From: Candidatus Aminicenantes bacterium
Lineage (GTDB): Bacteria; Acidobacteriota; Aminicenantia; Aminicenantales; Aminicenantaceae
Direction: 5' to 3'
NCBI GenBank assembly: GCA_041686095.1
Contig: JAWLEN010000002.1
Location: 8,143 to 72,142 of the forward strand
DNA length: 64,000 nucleotides
The notes beneath the pieces were generated by a model. It saw only the letters and a program-made list of their open reading frames with translations. It did not search any database and had not been told where the DNA came from. Below are positions 9,624 to 17,271 of this stretch, piece by piece; positions within the stretch are counted from its first letter, which is position 1, and each line of letters opens with the position of its first letter. The translations under genes and the position numbers were made by a program.

Positions 9624-10520
9624 ATGAAACTAAAAACATGGTTTGCAGAAACGAGACCTCAATTTCTGATTCTTTCTATAGTCCTGATATTTCTGGGGAC
9701 CTGTATTGCCTGGTATGATAATTTTTTCAACGTCTGGCATGCTTTACTTGCCTTTGCCGGGCTGCTGCTGCTTCACATCAGCGTTAATGTTCTGAATGAT
9801 TATTTTGACTACAGAAGCGGCATAGACCTGGAAGTGAAAAGAACCCCTTTTAGCGGGGGGAGCGGTGTCTTACCAGCAAGGTTACTGGCACCTAAAGCTG
9901 TTTTCAGGTTTGGTATGATTTGCTTTCTTCTTTCTGTTCCTATAGGTGTTTATTTTGTTATCACTAAGGGTTGGCTTCTTCTCCCTTTGCTTGTGATAGG
10001 GGCTGTTTGCGTGCTCATTTACACCACCCATTTGACCAAACTGGGCTGGCCGGAGTGGGCTCCTGGTCTTGGCTTGGGGGCTTTGCCTGTATTGGGTGCT
10101 TACTTTGTTCAAAGCGGCCGTTACACTTTACCGGCTGTAATAGCTTCCTTTCCGTCATTTATCCTGGTCCATAACCTCCTGTTTTTAAATGAGTTTCCTG
10201 ATGTGGAGGCAGATAGAAAAGGGGGAAGGAGAACCCTCCCCATTGTGCTGGGAAAAGCCAAAGCCAGCAGAGTTTATTCTGCTTTAACCATACTTGTTTA
10301 TTTATGGATAATTGGCAGTGTCATTGCAGGTGTTATGCCCCTTTTTGCTTTGATAGCCTTGTTAACAATTCCTTTTGCCGTGAAAGCTATTAAGGGGGCT
10401 CTTAATTGTGAGGATGAAGCTAAACTGATTCCTGCTCTTGGGAGTAATGTTTTGGTTGTCTTGCTTACTCAGTTCCTTCTGGGCATTGGCTACCTCATAG
10501 CAGGGTTCCCTTTTATATAA
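9624..10520 (+). CDS. UbiA-family prenyltransferase (MenA-like)
   Basis: 298 aa polytopic membrane protein. First Asp-rich motif NDYFDYRSGID, second NEFPDVEADRKGGRRTLPIVLG. Family call firm; menaquinone assignment is inference. Confidence 0.7.
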   Translation: MKLKTWFAETRPQFLILSIVLIFLGTCIAWYDNFFNVWHALLAFAGLLLLHISVNVLNDYFDYRSGIDLEVKRTPFSGGSGVLPARLLAPKAVFRFGMICFLLSVPIGVYFVITKGWLLLPLLVIGAVCVLIYTTHLTKLGWPEWAPGLGLGALPVLGAYFVQSGRYTLPAVIASFPSFILVHNLLFLNEFPDVEADRKGGRRTLPIVLGKAKASRVYSALTILVYLWIIGSVIAGVMPLFALIALLTIPFAVKAIKGALNCEDEAKLIPALGSNVLVVLLTQFLLGIGYLIAGFPFI

Positions 10521-10543
10521 TTTTATAGTGAAAGTTAAGGTCT

Positions 10544-11740
10544 TTATTTAAATTTATATCCTTTTTTGGTAATAAGCTCAATACAGGCATCTACTGCCTC
10601 TGGATCATAAAGAATCCCTCTATTCTTTTTGATTTCTTCCAGGGTTTTCTTTTTGCCAAGGCCTGACCTGTAAGGTCTGGAGGAGGACATGGCTTCCACT
10701 ACATCAGCTACTGCTAAAACTCTGGCTTCCCTTAATATCTGGCCTTTTTTTAGTCCATTAGGATAGCCTGAACCATCCAATCTTTCATGATGTTGAAGCA
10801 CTATTTCCGCCACAGGCCAGGGGAAGGCAATATTTTTTAATATTTCGTATCCCACTCTGGGGTGTATTTTTACCAACTCAAATTCTGTTTCTGTTAAGTG
10901 AGCGGGTTTGCTGAGTATTTCACTGGGTATAGATATTTTTCCGATATCGTGGATGGGGCCAGCCATACTGATGGCATCAATTTGGTCAGCGGGAAGTTCC
11001 ATTTCTTTAGCAATGGCTCGGGCAAGGTCAGTCACTCTCAGTTGATGTCCTGCTGTGTAAGGATCTCTTTCTTCCACCATTAATTCTATAACTTGAATCG
11101 TTTCTCCCAGAGCACCGCGGAGTTTATTCAGGGTTTTTTTGAGTTCCTTCTCTGATGTTTTCTGTAAAATGCGGTTCCGCAGAGTTACAATACCGTAAGT
11201 TAGATCATCGGCTAATTCATTTAAAAGATCAATTTCTTCGTTATCAAAAGCATCCGGCTCTCTGGTACAGATATTCAATGCTCCAAATGTTTTTCCTTTA
11301 TCCTTTAAGGGAAGAGCGATAGAAGAGGTATAACCTAGTTTTAGTGCTTGTTTTTGCCAGGAAGCATGGCTGGAGTTAGAAGTAATAATTTTCATAAGAG
11401 ATGGTTTCCCGGTTCGAATGGCTTTTCCTGTGGGGTCTTGACCTTGCTTTGTATCCGCCCACGTTATATTCAATGTGTCAAGAGACCCCTCATCACATCC
11501 AGCCTGTGCCACAATTCGAACAGCTTTCTTTTTGTCTTTTTCAGCATAGCCTACCCATGCCAGATGATATCCGCCGATTTTAACTATTATTTGGGATGTC
11601 CTGTCCAATAAATCTTGTTCGTTAGTCGCTGTTACCAGAGCCTTATTGCTTTTAGCCAGGGTTTTGAGTGCTCTTTCTTTGGCTTTTAGACTTTTCTCGA
11701 TTTTTTTGATCTTGTCTTCAAGTGATTTTGTATTTTTCAT
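10544..11740 (-). CDS. GAF-domain HD-GYP phosphodiesterase-type signalling protein
   Basis: N-terminal coiled coil, a GAF-like region, then HD-GYP motifs: HDIGKISIP and HHERLDGSGYPNGL. Confidence 0.8.
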   Translation of the reverse strand: MKNTKSLEDKIKKIEKSLKAKERALKTLAKSNKALVTATNEQDLLDRTSQIIVKIGGYHLAWVGYAEKDKKKAVRIVAQAGCDEGSLDTLNITWADTKQGQDPTGKAIRTGKPSLMKIITSNSSHASWQKQALKLGYTSSIALPLKDKGKTFGALNICTREPDAFDNEEIDLLNELADDLTYGIVTLRNRILQKTSEKELKKTLNKLRGALGETIQVIELMVEERDPYTAGHQLRVTDLARAIAKEMELPADQIDAISMAGPIHDIGKISIPSEILSKPAHLTETEFELVKIHPRVGYEILKNIAFPWPVAEIVLQHHERLDGSGYPNGLKKGQILREARVLAVADVVEAMSSSRPYRSGLGKKKTLEEIKKNRGILYDPEAVDACIELITKKGYKFK

Positions 11741-11782
11741 TCTAGATACACTTCACCTCCCCAGCACTTAGTTGTCAAAGTT

Positions 11783-11811
11783 AATATAAAATTGAATTTT
11801 ATTATTGTCAA
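11783..11811 (-). promoter_or_regulatory. sigma70-like promoter candidate for the HD-GYP gene
   Basis: Minus strand TTGACA (11811-11806), 17 nt, TATATT (11788-11783), about 40 nt upstream of ATG 11740. Confidence 0.4.
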
Positions 11812-12154
11812 GGAAACACAAAAGAGGATAGAAAAACTAAAAAGGGAAATGGTTGCCAAACTGTCAGGAATATTGGGACTGTGAAAAACCACATTTTATT
11901 ATGAATCAAGCTTTTTATAATTCTGGTATTTTTCTGCAGTGCTCATCACTTCAAACTCAAATCTCCTTATGGGACAAAACAGGGATAAACTCAGGAAGAA
12001 AAGCGAACGGGGAAAGATTACAAGCATTCAAGTGAGAGCCTCTAAGTAAACTTGCAGGTCCGAACATTTACCATCATATTGTCATAGAATGAATTGAGAG
12101 GCAGGGTGTTCTCTTTTTTTTTGAAGAAGGAGACACAAGCTGGTGAATAGAAAA

Positions 12155-12229
12155 TGGTGGGCGATGCAGGATTTGAACCTGCGACTTCTACCGTGTGAAG
12201 GTAGCACTCTTCCGCTGAGTTAATCGCCC
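12155..12229 (-). tRNA. tRNA-Val (anticodon CAC), CCA encoded
   Basis: Hand-folded cloverleaf: GGGCGAT/ATCGCCC acceptor, ACTC/GAGT D stem, CTACC-TTCACAC-GGTAG anticodon arm, GCAGG-TTCAAAT-CCTGC T arm, discriminator A + CCA. 75 nt. Confidence 0.9.
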
Positions 12230-12240
12230 AGGTTCTATTA

Positions 12241-12268
12241 ATTTTAGATAAATCCGCTTGCTTGTCAA
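12241..12268 (-). promoter_or_regulatory. sigma70-like promoter candidate for tRNA-Val
   Basis: Minus strand TTGACA (12268-12263), 16 nt, TAAAAT (12246-12241). The tRNA 5' end lies 11 nt downstream. Confidence 0.5.
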
Positions 12269-12278
12269 TCCCTTTGAT

Positions 12279-12310
12279 GGGGACAGTTCTTTTTATATGG
12301 AACTGTCCCC
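12279..12310. other. perfect 11-bp hairpin downstream of trpB2
   Basis: GGGGACAGTTC (12279-12289), 10-nt loop, GAACTGTCCCC (12300-12310). No adjacent U tract on either strand. It lies between the trpB2 stop and the tRNA-Val promoter, so it may act as a terminator or insulator. Confidence 0.35.
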
Positions 12311-12328
12311 TGTGTTTGCCTGTGTTTC

Positions 12329-12365
12329 GGCGGTTCTCAAAAAAGGAGAACCGTCCCTGTTTTTT
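12329..12365 (+). terminator. hairpin plus T-run (terminator-like on the + strand; also just 3' of trpB2 on the - strand)
   Basis: GGCGGTTCTC (12329-12338) pairs with GAGAACCGTC (12346-12355), 10 bp including one G-U. TTTTTT at 12360-12365 lies 4 nt after the stem. Its 3' arm GAACCGTCCCTGT resembles that of the neighbouring hairpin (GAACTGTCCCCTGT). Confidence 0.3.
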
Positions 12366-12385
12366 CCTCGTTTATTCTGGCTTTT

Positions 12386-13660
12386 TTATCGATCGTAAGC
12401 GTTGATGTCCAGAAATCCGTGTCCTGAAAGATTGAACAATATGACTCTTTGCTGGTCCTTTTCTCTGGCTTCTACGGCCTCATCAATGGCAGCGGCTACC
12501 GCGTGTGAGGATTCAGGTGCGGGAAGGATTCCTTCTGTTTTTAGGAACAATTTGGCAGAGTCAAATATTTTGGTCTGCTTGTAGGCTCTGGGTTCAATGA
12601 TTCCTTTTTTCGCCAGATGGCTCACCAGGGGAGCCATGCCGTGGTACCGCAGGCCTCCGGCATGAATAGGAGGCGGGATAAAATCCATGCCCAGAGTGTA
12701 CATGTAGAGAAGGGGAGTCATGCCCACGCTGTCCCCATGATCGTACTTCAAGTTTCCTTGAGTGAGAGTGGGGCAGACTTTGGGTTCGACAGCTATGAAT
12801 TTGATTTCTTTGCTTTCCAAAATCCGTTTTCTGACAAAAGGAAAAGCCAGTCCCGCATAATTGGAACCTCCACCCACACATCCGATAATCGTATCAGGTT
12901 CTGCTCCCAGTTCCTGCATCTGTTTGTCAGCTTCTTGTCCGATCACACTCTGGTGTATCATCACGCTGTCCAGAACAGATCCCAGAGAATATTTGGCTGT
13001 ATCGTCTTTGACAGCCATTTCCACAGCTTCGGAGATGGCGATTCCCAGGCTTCCTGGATGGTCCTTATCTTGAGCGAAAAATTTTCTTCCTGCTTCTGTC
13101 TGATCACTGGGGCTTTCCTGCACGTTCCCTCCGAACATTTCCATCATGATCCGCCGGCCTGGTTTTTGCCTAAAGCTGATTCGAACCATGAAGACTTTGA
13201 CTTCAAGGCCAAAAAGATTTCCGGCATGGGAAAGGGCTGATCCCCACTGACCTGCTCCGGTCTCAGTGGTCAAAGTCTCCACACCTTCTTGAGCCGCCAA
13301 ATAAGCCTGGGCAATAGCGGTATTGCTTTTGTGGCTTCCAGTGGGTCCCACTCCTTCATACTTGTAAAAAATATGAGCGGGTGTGTCCAGATGTTTTTTA
13401 AGCTCAGAAGCATAGACCAGAGGAGTCGGCCTGTACACGGCATAGGCTTCCTGAACTTTTTCTGGAATAGGGATGTATCTTTCCATTGAGCCTTCTTGCT
13501 GAATAAAGCCCATGGGGAATATCGGTGAAAGGTCCTCAGGTTTGAGAGGCTCTTTGGTTTGGGGGTTTAAGGGTGGTTTGGGCAGGTCCTTAAGGTCCGC
13601 CTTTATGTTATAGAATTTTTTGGGAAGAAATTGTTCTTTTCTGGATGCATATCTTTTCAT
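12386..13660 (-). CDS. trpB: TrpB2-type tryptophan synthase beta-like PLP enzyme, stand-alone
   Basis: [19 protein letters not shown]... N-terminal extension typical of TrpB2. PLP lysine motif [15 protein letters not shown], then [10 protein letters not shown] and GGGSNYAG. I prefer ATG 13660 (RBS AGGAG 7 nt upstream) to the TTG at 13666 in the track. Confidence 0.9.
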   Translation of the reverse strand: MKRYASRKEQFLPKKFYNIKADLKDLPKPPLNPQTKEPLKPEDLSPIFPMGFIQQEGSMERYIPIPEKVQEAYAVYRPTPLVYASELKKHLDTPAHIFYKYEGVGPTGSHKSNTAIAQAYLAAQEGVETLTTETGAGQWGSALSHAGNLFGLEVKVFMVRISFRQKPGRRIMMEMFGGNVQESPSDQTEAGRKFFAQDKDHPGSLGIAISEAVEMAVKDDTAKYSLGSVLDSVMIHQSVIGQEADKQMQELGAEPDTIIGCVGGGSNYAGLAFPFVRKRILESKEIKFIAVEPKVCPTLTQGNLKYDHGDSVGMTPLLYMYTLGMDFIPPPIHAGGLRYHGMAPLVSHLAKKGIIEPRAYKQTKIFDSAKLFLKTEGILPAPESSHAVAAAIDEAVEAREKDQQRVILFNLSGHGFLDINAYDR

Positions 13661-13718
13661 AATCAATCTCCTTTAATAGATCTTGAATCAATGGATTCAA
13701 TAAAGTTAAATTAAATGG

Positions 13719-13772
13719 AAAAAACAAAGGGGTTGGGTGGTGTTGGTTCTAGGCGGAAGGGCCCGCCCACCA
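13719..13772 (-). promoter_or_regulatory. GC-rich stem-loop + U tract in the trpB2 leader (candidate attenuator)
   Basis: Minus strand: GGUGG (13771-13767) pairs with CCACC (13740-13736). Inner GCGG (13766-13763) pairs with CCGC (13756-13753), loop GCCCUU. UUUGUUUUUU at 13728-13719 lies 7 nt after the outer stem. The 5' arm is formed by the two Trp codons of the leader ORF. Confidence 0.45.
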
Positions 13773-13829
13773 GAAAAGAACAGAGAAACTGTGTGATTTT
13801 TGATTTTTTTCAGTCTCTCTTTTAAACAT
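13749..13829 (-). CDS. candidate trp leader peptide (26 codons, tandem Trp)
   Basis: Own translation: ATG 13829 ... MFKRETEKNQKSHSFSVLFWWAGPSA, stop TAG 13751-13749. TGG TGG at 13772-13767. No Shine-Dalgarno. The ATG lies 8 nt after a consensus -10, so the mRNA would be leaderless or nearly so. Too short for the ORF track. Confidence 0.5.
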   Translation of the reverse strand: MFKRETEKNQKSHSFSVLFWWAGPSA

Positions 13830-13837
13830 AGAGAGAG

Positions 13838-13866
13838 ATTATAGAGATTGAACTTCAGCGTGTCAA
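13838..13866 (-). promoter_or_regulatory. consensus sigma70 promoter of the trpB2 leader
   Basis: Minus strand TTGACA (13866-13861), exactly 17 nt, TATAAT (13843-13838). Both hexamers are perfect consensus. Confidence 0.6.
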
Positions 13867-14005
13867 CAATAAATAATAAAAATTTTTAGTTTTTATAAGA
13901 GGGACTATTTCCTGTTTTTCAGGACAATAAGTTCATGAAATAAGATTTTCAGCGCTTCTTTTTCTTAGATTCGAAAGATTGTTCGTGCCTTAAAAATGCG
14001 TTTTA

Positions 14006-14052
14006 TTTTATAATGAAAACATCGCCATTTTTTTATGAATAGTTCAGGTTAA
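14006..14052 (+). repeat. AT-rich intergenic repeat, partial copy (ATCGCCATTTTTTTATGAATAGTTCAGGTTAA)
   Basis: TTTTATAATGAAAACATCGCCATTTTTTTATGAATAGTTCAGGTTAA matches the inner ~45 nt of the 108-bp copies at 31138 and 35748 with a few substitutions. Confidence 0.8.
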
Positions 14053-14141
14053 ATTTTCTTATTGAATATTTTTGTATATTATATATAAAGCCTGCCTCGG
14101 GCGCGCCTGGAAGTCGATAAAAAGGACTGATTTAAAGTCAA

Positions 14142-14603
14142 ATGGATATACATGATCTAGCGATATGCCGAAAGTACCGATTTGTTGAAGGAGAAGGACC
14201 TCTGGATGCAGATGTGATGCTTATAGGTCAGAATCCAGGTAAAGAAGAAGACAGGACCGGAAGACCATTTGTGGGCAGAGCCGGAATCTATCTTAACAAA
14301 GTCCTTAAGAAGAACGGAATCAATAGAGAGGAGATATATATCACCAGTGTGGTGAAATGCAGAACTCCTCATAACCGAAAGCCAAATCAAAAGGAGATTG
14401 AAACCTCTATACCCTACTTGATAGAACAAATAAAAAAAATAGATCCAAAAATTATTGTGCTTATGGGGAAAGTGGCCTGGAACACACCCAGACAGGATGA
14501 CAGAGAATATATAGAGACTTATCATCCTGCAGCAGCTATGAGGTTTCCTAAAATAAGAAAAAAATTTGAGGCTGATTTCAAAAAATTGAGAAAAAAGCTA
14601 TGA
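14142..14603 (+). CDS. short uracil-DNA glycosylase superfamily protein (family 4-like, cluster-less variant)
   Basis: 153 aa. Motif A region DVMLIGQNPGKEEDRTGRPFVGRAGIYLNKVL, then VVKCRTPHNRKP, motif B HPAAAMR. Only two Cys, so the family-4 4Fe-4S ligand set is absent. Confidence 0.7.
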   Translation: MDIHDLAICRKYRFVEGEGPLDADVMLIGQNPGKEEDRTGRPFVGRAGIYLNKVLKKNGINREEIYITSVVKCRTPHNRKPNQKEIETSIPYLIEQIKKIDPKIIVLMGKVAWNTPRQDDREYIETYHPAAAMRFPKIRKKFEADFKKLRKKL

Positions 14604-14642
14604 TAAAGATATATAAAAATATGATTTTGAGGCATTAACTCC

Positions 14643-15674
14643 ATGGAAAAACTGTTCAAAGTTCTAAACAAGACTCAGCCAGTGGCTGTGATTGTTCACA
14701 ATAATCCAGACCCTGATGCCTTAGCCTGTGCATTTGGGCTCCGCACTATTCTGAAAAACAAAGGCTATAAAAAGGTTAAGATCTATTATGACGGTTTAAT
14801 AGGGAGAGCTGAAAATCAAGCTATGATCAAACATTTGAACATCCCTTTATTCAAGACAAAAAATATGACTTCTCCGGAGAGCCGACAATTTATTCTGGTT
14901 GACTGCCAGCCTTTCTCAGGAAATGTGACCCTTCCTCCTAAGGCAAACTGTGTGGGAGCTATTGACCATCATCCAAAACAGAAAAAAACATCCCAGCTTC
15001 CTTTTTTAGATGTTCGACCTGAGTACGGCGCGGGCTCGACTATAATCTTTGAGTATTTTAAATCTCTTGATATGACCATACCTCGGGATACTGCCACGGC
15101 GCTTTTCCATGCTGTGTTTAGTGAAACAGAGGGACTGGGGAGAGAAGGAAGTCCCGCGGATAGAAAAGCTTATCTGGAACTTCTTCCTCTTATAAGCTTC
15201 AGCCAACTGTCTAAAATCCAGTTTCCTGCGTTGTCTAAGGAATTTGCAGCCCGTCTTTCTGATGTTCTGCTCAATACATTCTACTACAAAAACTTCTGTT
15301 GGGTGGTTCTGGATCAACTGCCTTATCCTGATTTTGTGGCTGAGATGGCTGATTTCTTATTGAGAATTAAGAATATATCCTGGTCTTTGTGCGTGGGCAC
15401 TTTTAAGAATCTGGTCTATATCTCTGTTCGCACCTCAAACATTCAGGCTAACGCTTCTGAAATCATCCAAAAAATAATTCCTAGTTTTGGGACATCAGGG
15501 GGTCATGACATGGTTGCCGGGGCTCAAATCAAAATGGACGGCAGAAGAAAAAAAAATATAAGCTCTCTTAAAAAAGATATTGTTAAAAAGATGCTCAAGG
15601 AGCTCAACCACCAAAAGGTGAGAAATGTCTACCGATTGGTGAATGATGAAGAATATCCTCTTTTTGAAAAATAG
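14643..15674 (+). CDS. DHH/DHHA1-family phosphoesterase (NrnA-like)
   Basis: VIVHNNPDPDALACAFGL, AIDHHP (DHH motif), C-terminal GGHDMVAGAQ (DHHA1 GGGH-like). Confidence 0.65.
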   Translation: MEKLFKVLNKTQPVAVIVHNNPDPDALACAFGLRTILKNKGYKKVKIYYDGLIGRAENQAMIKHLNIPLFKTKNMTSPESRQFILVDCQPFSGNVTLPPKANCVGAIDHHPKQKKTSQLPFLDVRPEYGAGSTIIFEYFKSLDMTIPRDTATALFHAVFSETEGLGREGSPADRKAYLELLPLISFSQLSKIQFPALSKEFAARLSDVLLNTFYYKNFCWVVLDQLPYPDFVAEMADFLLRIKNISWSLCVGTFKNLVYISVRTSNIQANASEIIQKIIPSFGTSGGHDMVAGAQIKMDGRRKKNISSLKKDIVKKMLKELNHQKVRNVYRLVNDEEYPLFEK

Positions 15675-15715
15675 TTTCAAGAGGGTAAACAGGGAAAAAT
15701 GATTGGAGGAAAACC

Positions 15716-16843
15716 ATGTTTGGTAAAGGAATTAAATTAATAAAACTCTTTGGTTTTGAGGTCAAGATCGATTTTAGCTGGCTTTTACTGGGACTCCTTA
15801 TCACCTGGACTTTAGCTCAAGGACTGTTTCCCCATTTTTATGAAGGGCTTTCGACAACCACTTATTGGTTGATGGGGGTGGCTGGAGCATTGGGCTTGTT
15901 GGTATCTATAGTTTTCCATGAGCTCTGGCATTCTTTGATTGCCAGAAAGTTTGGTCTGCCAATGAAAGGGATCACTTTATTTATATTCGGTGGAGTGGCA
16001 GAAATGACTGAAGAGCCCCCCAGCCCTAAAGCTGAGTTTTTCATGGCTGTGGCCGGGCCTGTTTCCAGTGTGGTATTGGGATTAGGATTTTTTGGAGTCA
16101 CCTTTTTAGGTGAGTCCATTGGATGGCCCCAGTCAGTCACAGGCGTATTTAACTACTTGGCTATTTTGAACTTAATACTAGCGGGATTCAACCTCATTCC
16201 TGCTTTTCCTTTGGACGGAGGACGAGTGCTTCGCTCTATTTTATGGGGATGGAAGGATGATCTCAGGTGGGCGACTCAGCTCTCTTCTAAGATAGGGGGA
16301 GCGTTTGGTATCGCTCTTATCATTTTTGGAGTGATTGAAGTCATCATGGGAAATTTTATTGGGGGGATATGGATGGCTCTTATTGGAATGTTCATCAGAG
16401 GAGCTTCCCAAACAGCTTACCAACAGATGCTTTTGCGGCGGTCTTTGGAAGGGGAGAAAGTGAGGAGATTCATGAAATCCAATCCAGTCACAGTCTCTTC
16501 TTCCCTCTCTGTTGAGGACTTGGTGGAAGATTACATATACAAACATCACTACAAAATGTACCCAGTAGTGGATGATGAGAAGCTGACCGGATGTGTCACC
16601 ATCAATCAAGTTAAAGAAATCCCCAAAGAGGAGAGAGATCAACATAAGGTGGAAGAACTGGTTCAGTCATGCTCAGAAAAAAACACCATCAGCCCGGATG
16701 AGGATGCCATGGAAGCGCTCTCGACCATGAAGAAAAACCATACCAGCCGGCTCATGGTGGTTGACAATGGTAAATTAGTGGGTGTGATTTCATTAAAGGA
16801 TATGATGGGATTCCTTTCTCTTAAGATTGACTTAGGAGATTAA
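15716..16843 (+). CDS. M50 site-2-protease-family membrane metalloprotease with C-terminal CBS pair
   Basis: HELWHSLIARKFG (HExxH), NLIPAFPLDGGRVL (second M50 motif), and a C-terminal tandem CBS-like region (...VGVISLKDMM). Confidence 0.8.
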   Translation: MFGKGIKLIKLFGFEVKIDFSWLLLGLLITWTLAQGLFPHFYEGLSTTTYWLMGVAGALGLLVSIVFHELWHSLIARKFGLPMKGITLFIFGGVAEMTEEPPSPKAEFFMAVAGPVSSVVLGLGFFGVTFLGESIGWPQSVTGVFNYLAILNLILAGFNLIPAFPLDGGRVLRSILWGWKDDLRWATQLSSKIGGAFGIALIIFGVIEVIMGNFIGGIWMALIGMFIRGASQTAYQQMLLRRSLEGEKVRRFMKSNPVTVSSSLSVEDLVEDYIYKHHYKMYPVVDDEKLTGCVTINQVKEIPKEERDQHKVEELVQSCSEKNTISPDEDAMEALSTMKKNHTSRLMVVDNGKLVGVISLKDMMGFLSLKIDLGD

Positions 16844-16880
16844 CCCATCACAAATAGGCAACCTAAGAGGAGGTAAAATT

Positions 16881-17174
16881 ATGAGGAAAAAAGAAGCTTA
16901 TCAAGAAAAAATGGATGCTCAAATGAAAATATTGAATGCCAAAATAGAAGAGCTTAATGCCAAGGCACAAAAAGCTCAAGCTGAAGCGAAAATCAAATAC
17001 AATAAAAACTTAGAAGATTTAAGGATGAAACGGGATGCTTTAAAATCCAAGCTCCAAGAGATGAAAGGAGCCGGGGAAAAAGCAAGCAAGGAACTCAAAA
17101 CCGGGATTCAAAATGCCCTGGATGATTTAACAACAGCCGTGGACAAAGCTTTTAAAAGAATAAAAGAGGAGTGA
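16881..17174 (+). CDS. hypothetical coiled-coil protein
   Basis: 97 aa, K/E/A-rich heptad-like sequence. Strong RBS (AAGAGGAGG) upstream. No recognisable family. Confidence 0.4.
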   Translation: MRKKEAYQEKMDAQMKILNAKIEELNAKAQKAQAEAKIKYNKNLEDLRMKRDALKSKLQEMKGAGEKASKELKTGIQNALDDLTTAVDKAFKRIKEE

Positions 17175-17271
17175 CACCACTAAAAGTATTGAAATAAAGT
17201 AAGAATCCTTTGATTATTAAGCCTCTTAAGGCATCTGTTTTTTCATATAAGAAGGGGAATTGATATGGGCT

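Noticed and set aside
9457-9639. 60-aa minus-strand ORF in the cusA / UbiA-prenyltransferase spacer
   Set aside because: Cys/His/Phe-rich odd composition, no RBS, and it overlaps both neighbouring gene ends. It is probably non-coding spacer carrying the prenyltransferase promoter.
12000-12120. GCAGGTCCGAAC and CAGGAAGAAAAGCG strings reminiscent of the SRP RNA conserved domain, followed by a weak GAGA...TCTC hairpin and T9 run
   Set aside because: I could not build the SRP helix 8 with its symmetric and asymmetric loops or a GNRA tetraloop. The similarity is limited to a few bases. It might still be an unannotated small transcript, but I cannot support a call.
12617-13240. 207-aa plus-strand ORF (and other ORFs of 60-95 aa) inside trpB2
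   Set aside because: It is antisense to a clearly conserved TrpB2 frame. The sequence is His/Ser/Phe-rich with no recognisable motifs. This is a typical shadow ORF in the GC-richer gene.
13735-13765. Plus-strand GGTTGGGTGGTG resembling the T-box GGGUGGUACCGCG motif upstream of a Trp gene
   Set aside because: It is on the wrong strand for trpB2. It lacks the ACCGCG continuation, specifier loop and other T-box elements. The same bases are better explained as the complement of the attenuator hairpin and Trp codons.
14035-14052. Mini-ORFs starting at the ATG inside the AT-rich motif: MNSSG* at 14035 and on the minus strand at 20141-20158, MNRSG* at 31227 and on the minus strand at 35749-35766, MNNPN* at 18412, MNNP* at 21109 overlapping ATG 21120, and a 12-codon version at 45724 overlapping ATG 45759
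   Set aside because: No Shine-Dalgarno precedes any of them. In AT-rich spacers a stop is expected within a few codons by chance, and in the main subfamily the stop is simply part of the conserved repeat. I note the pattern but do not call these peptides.
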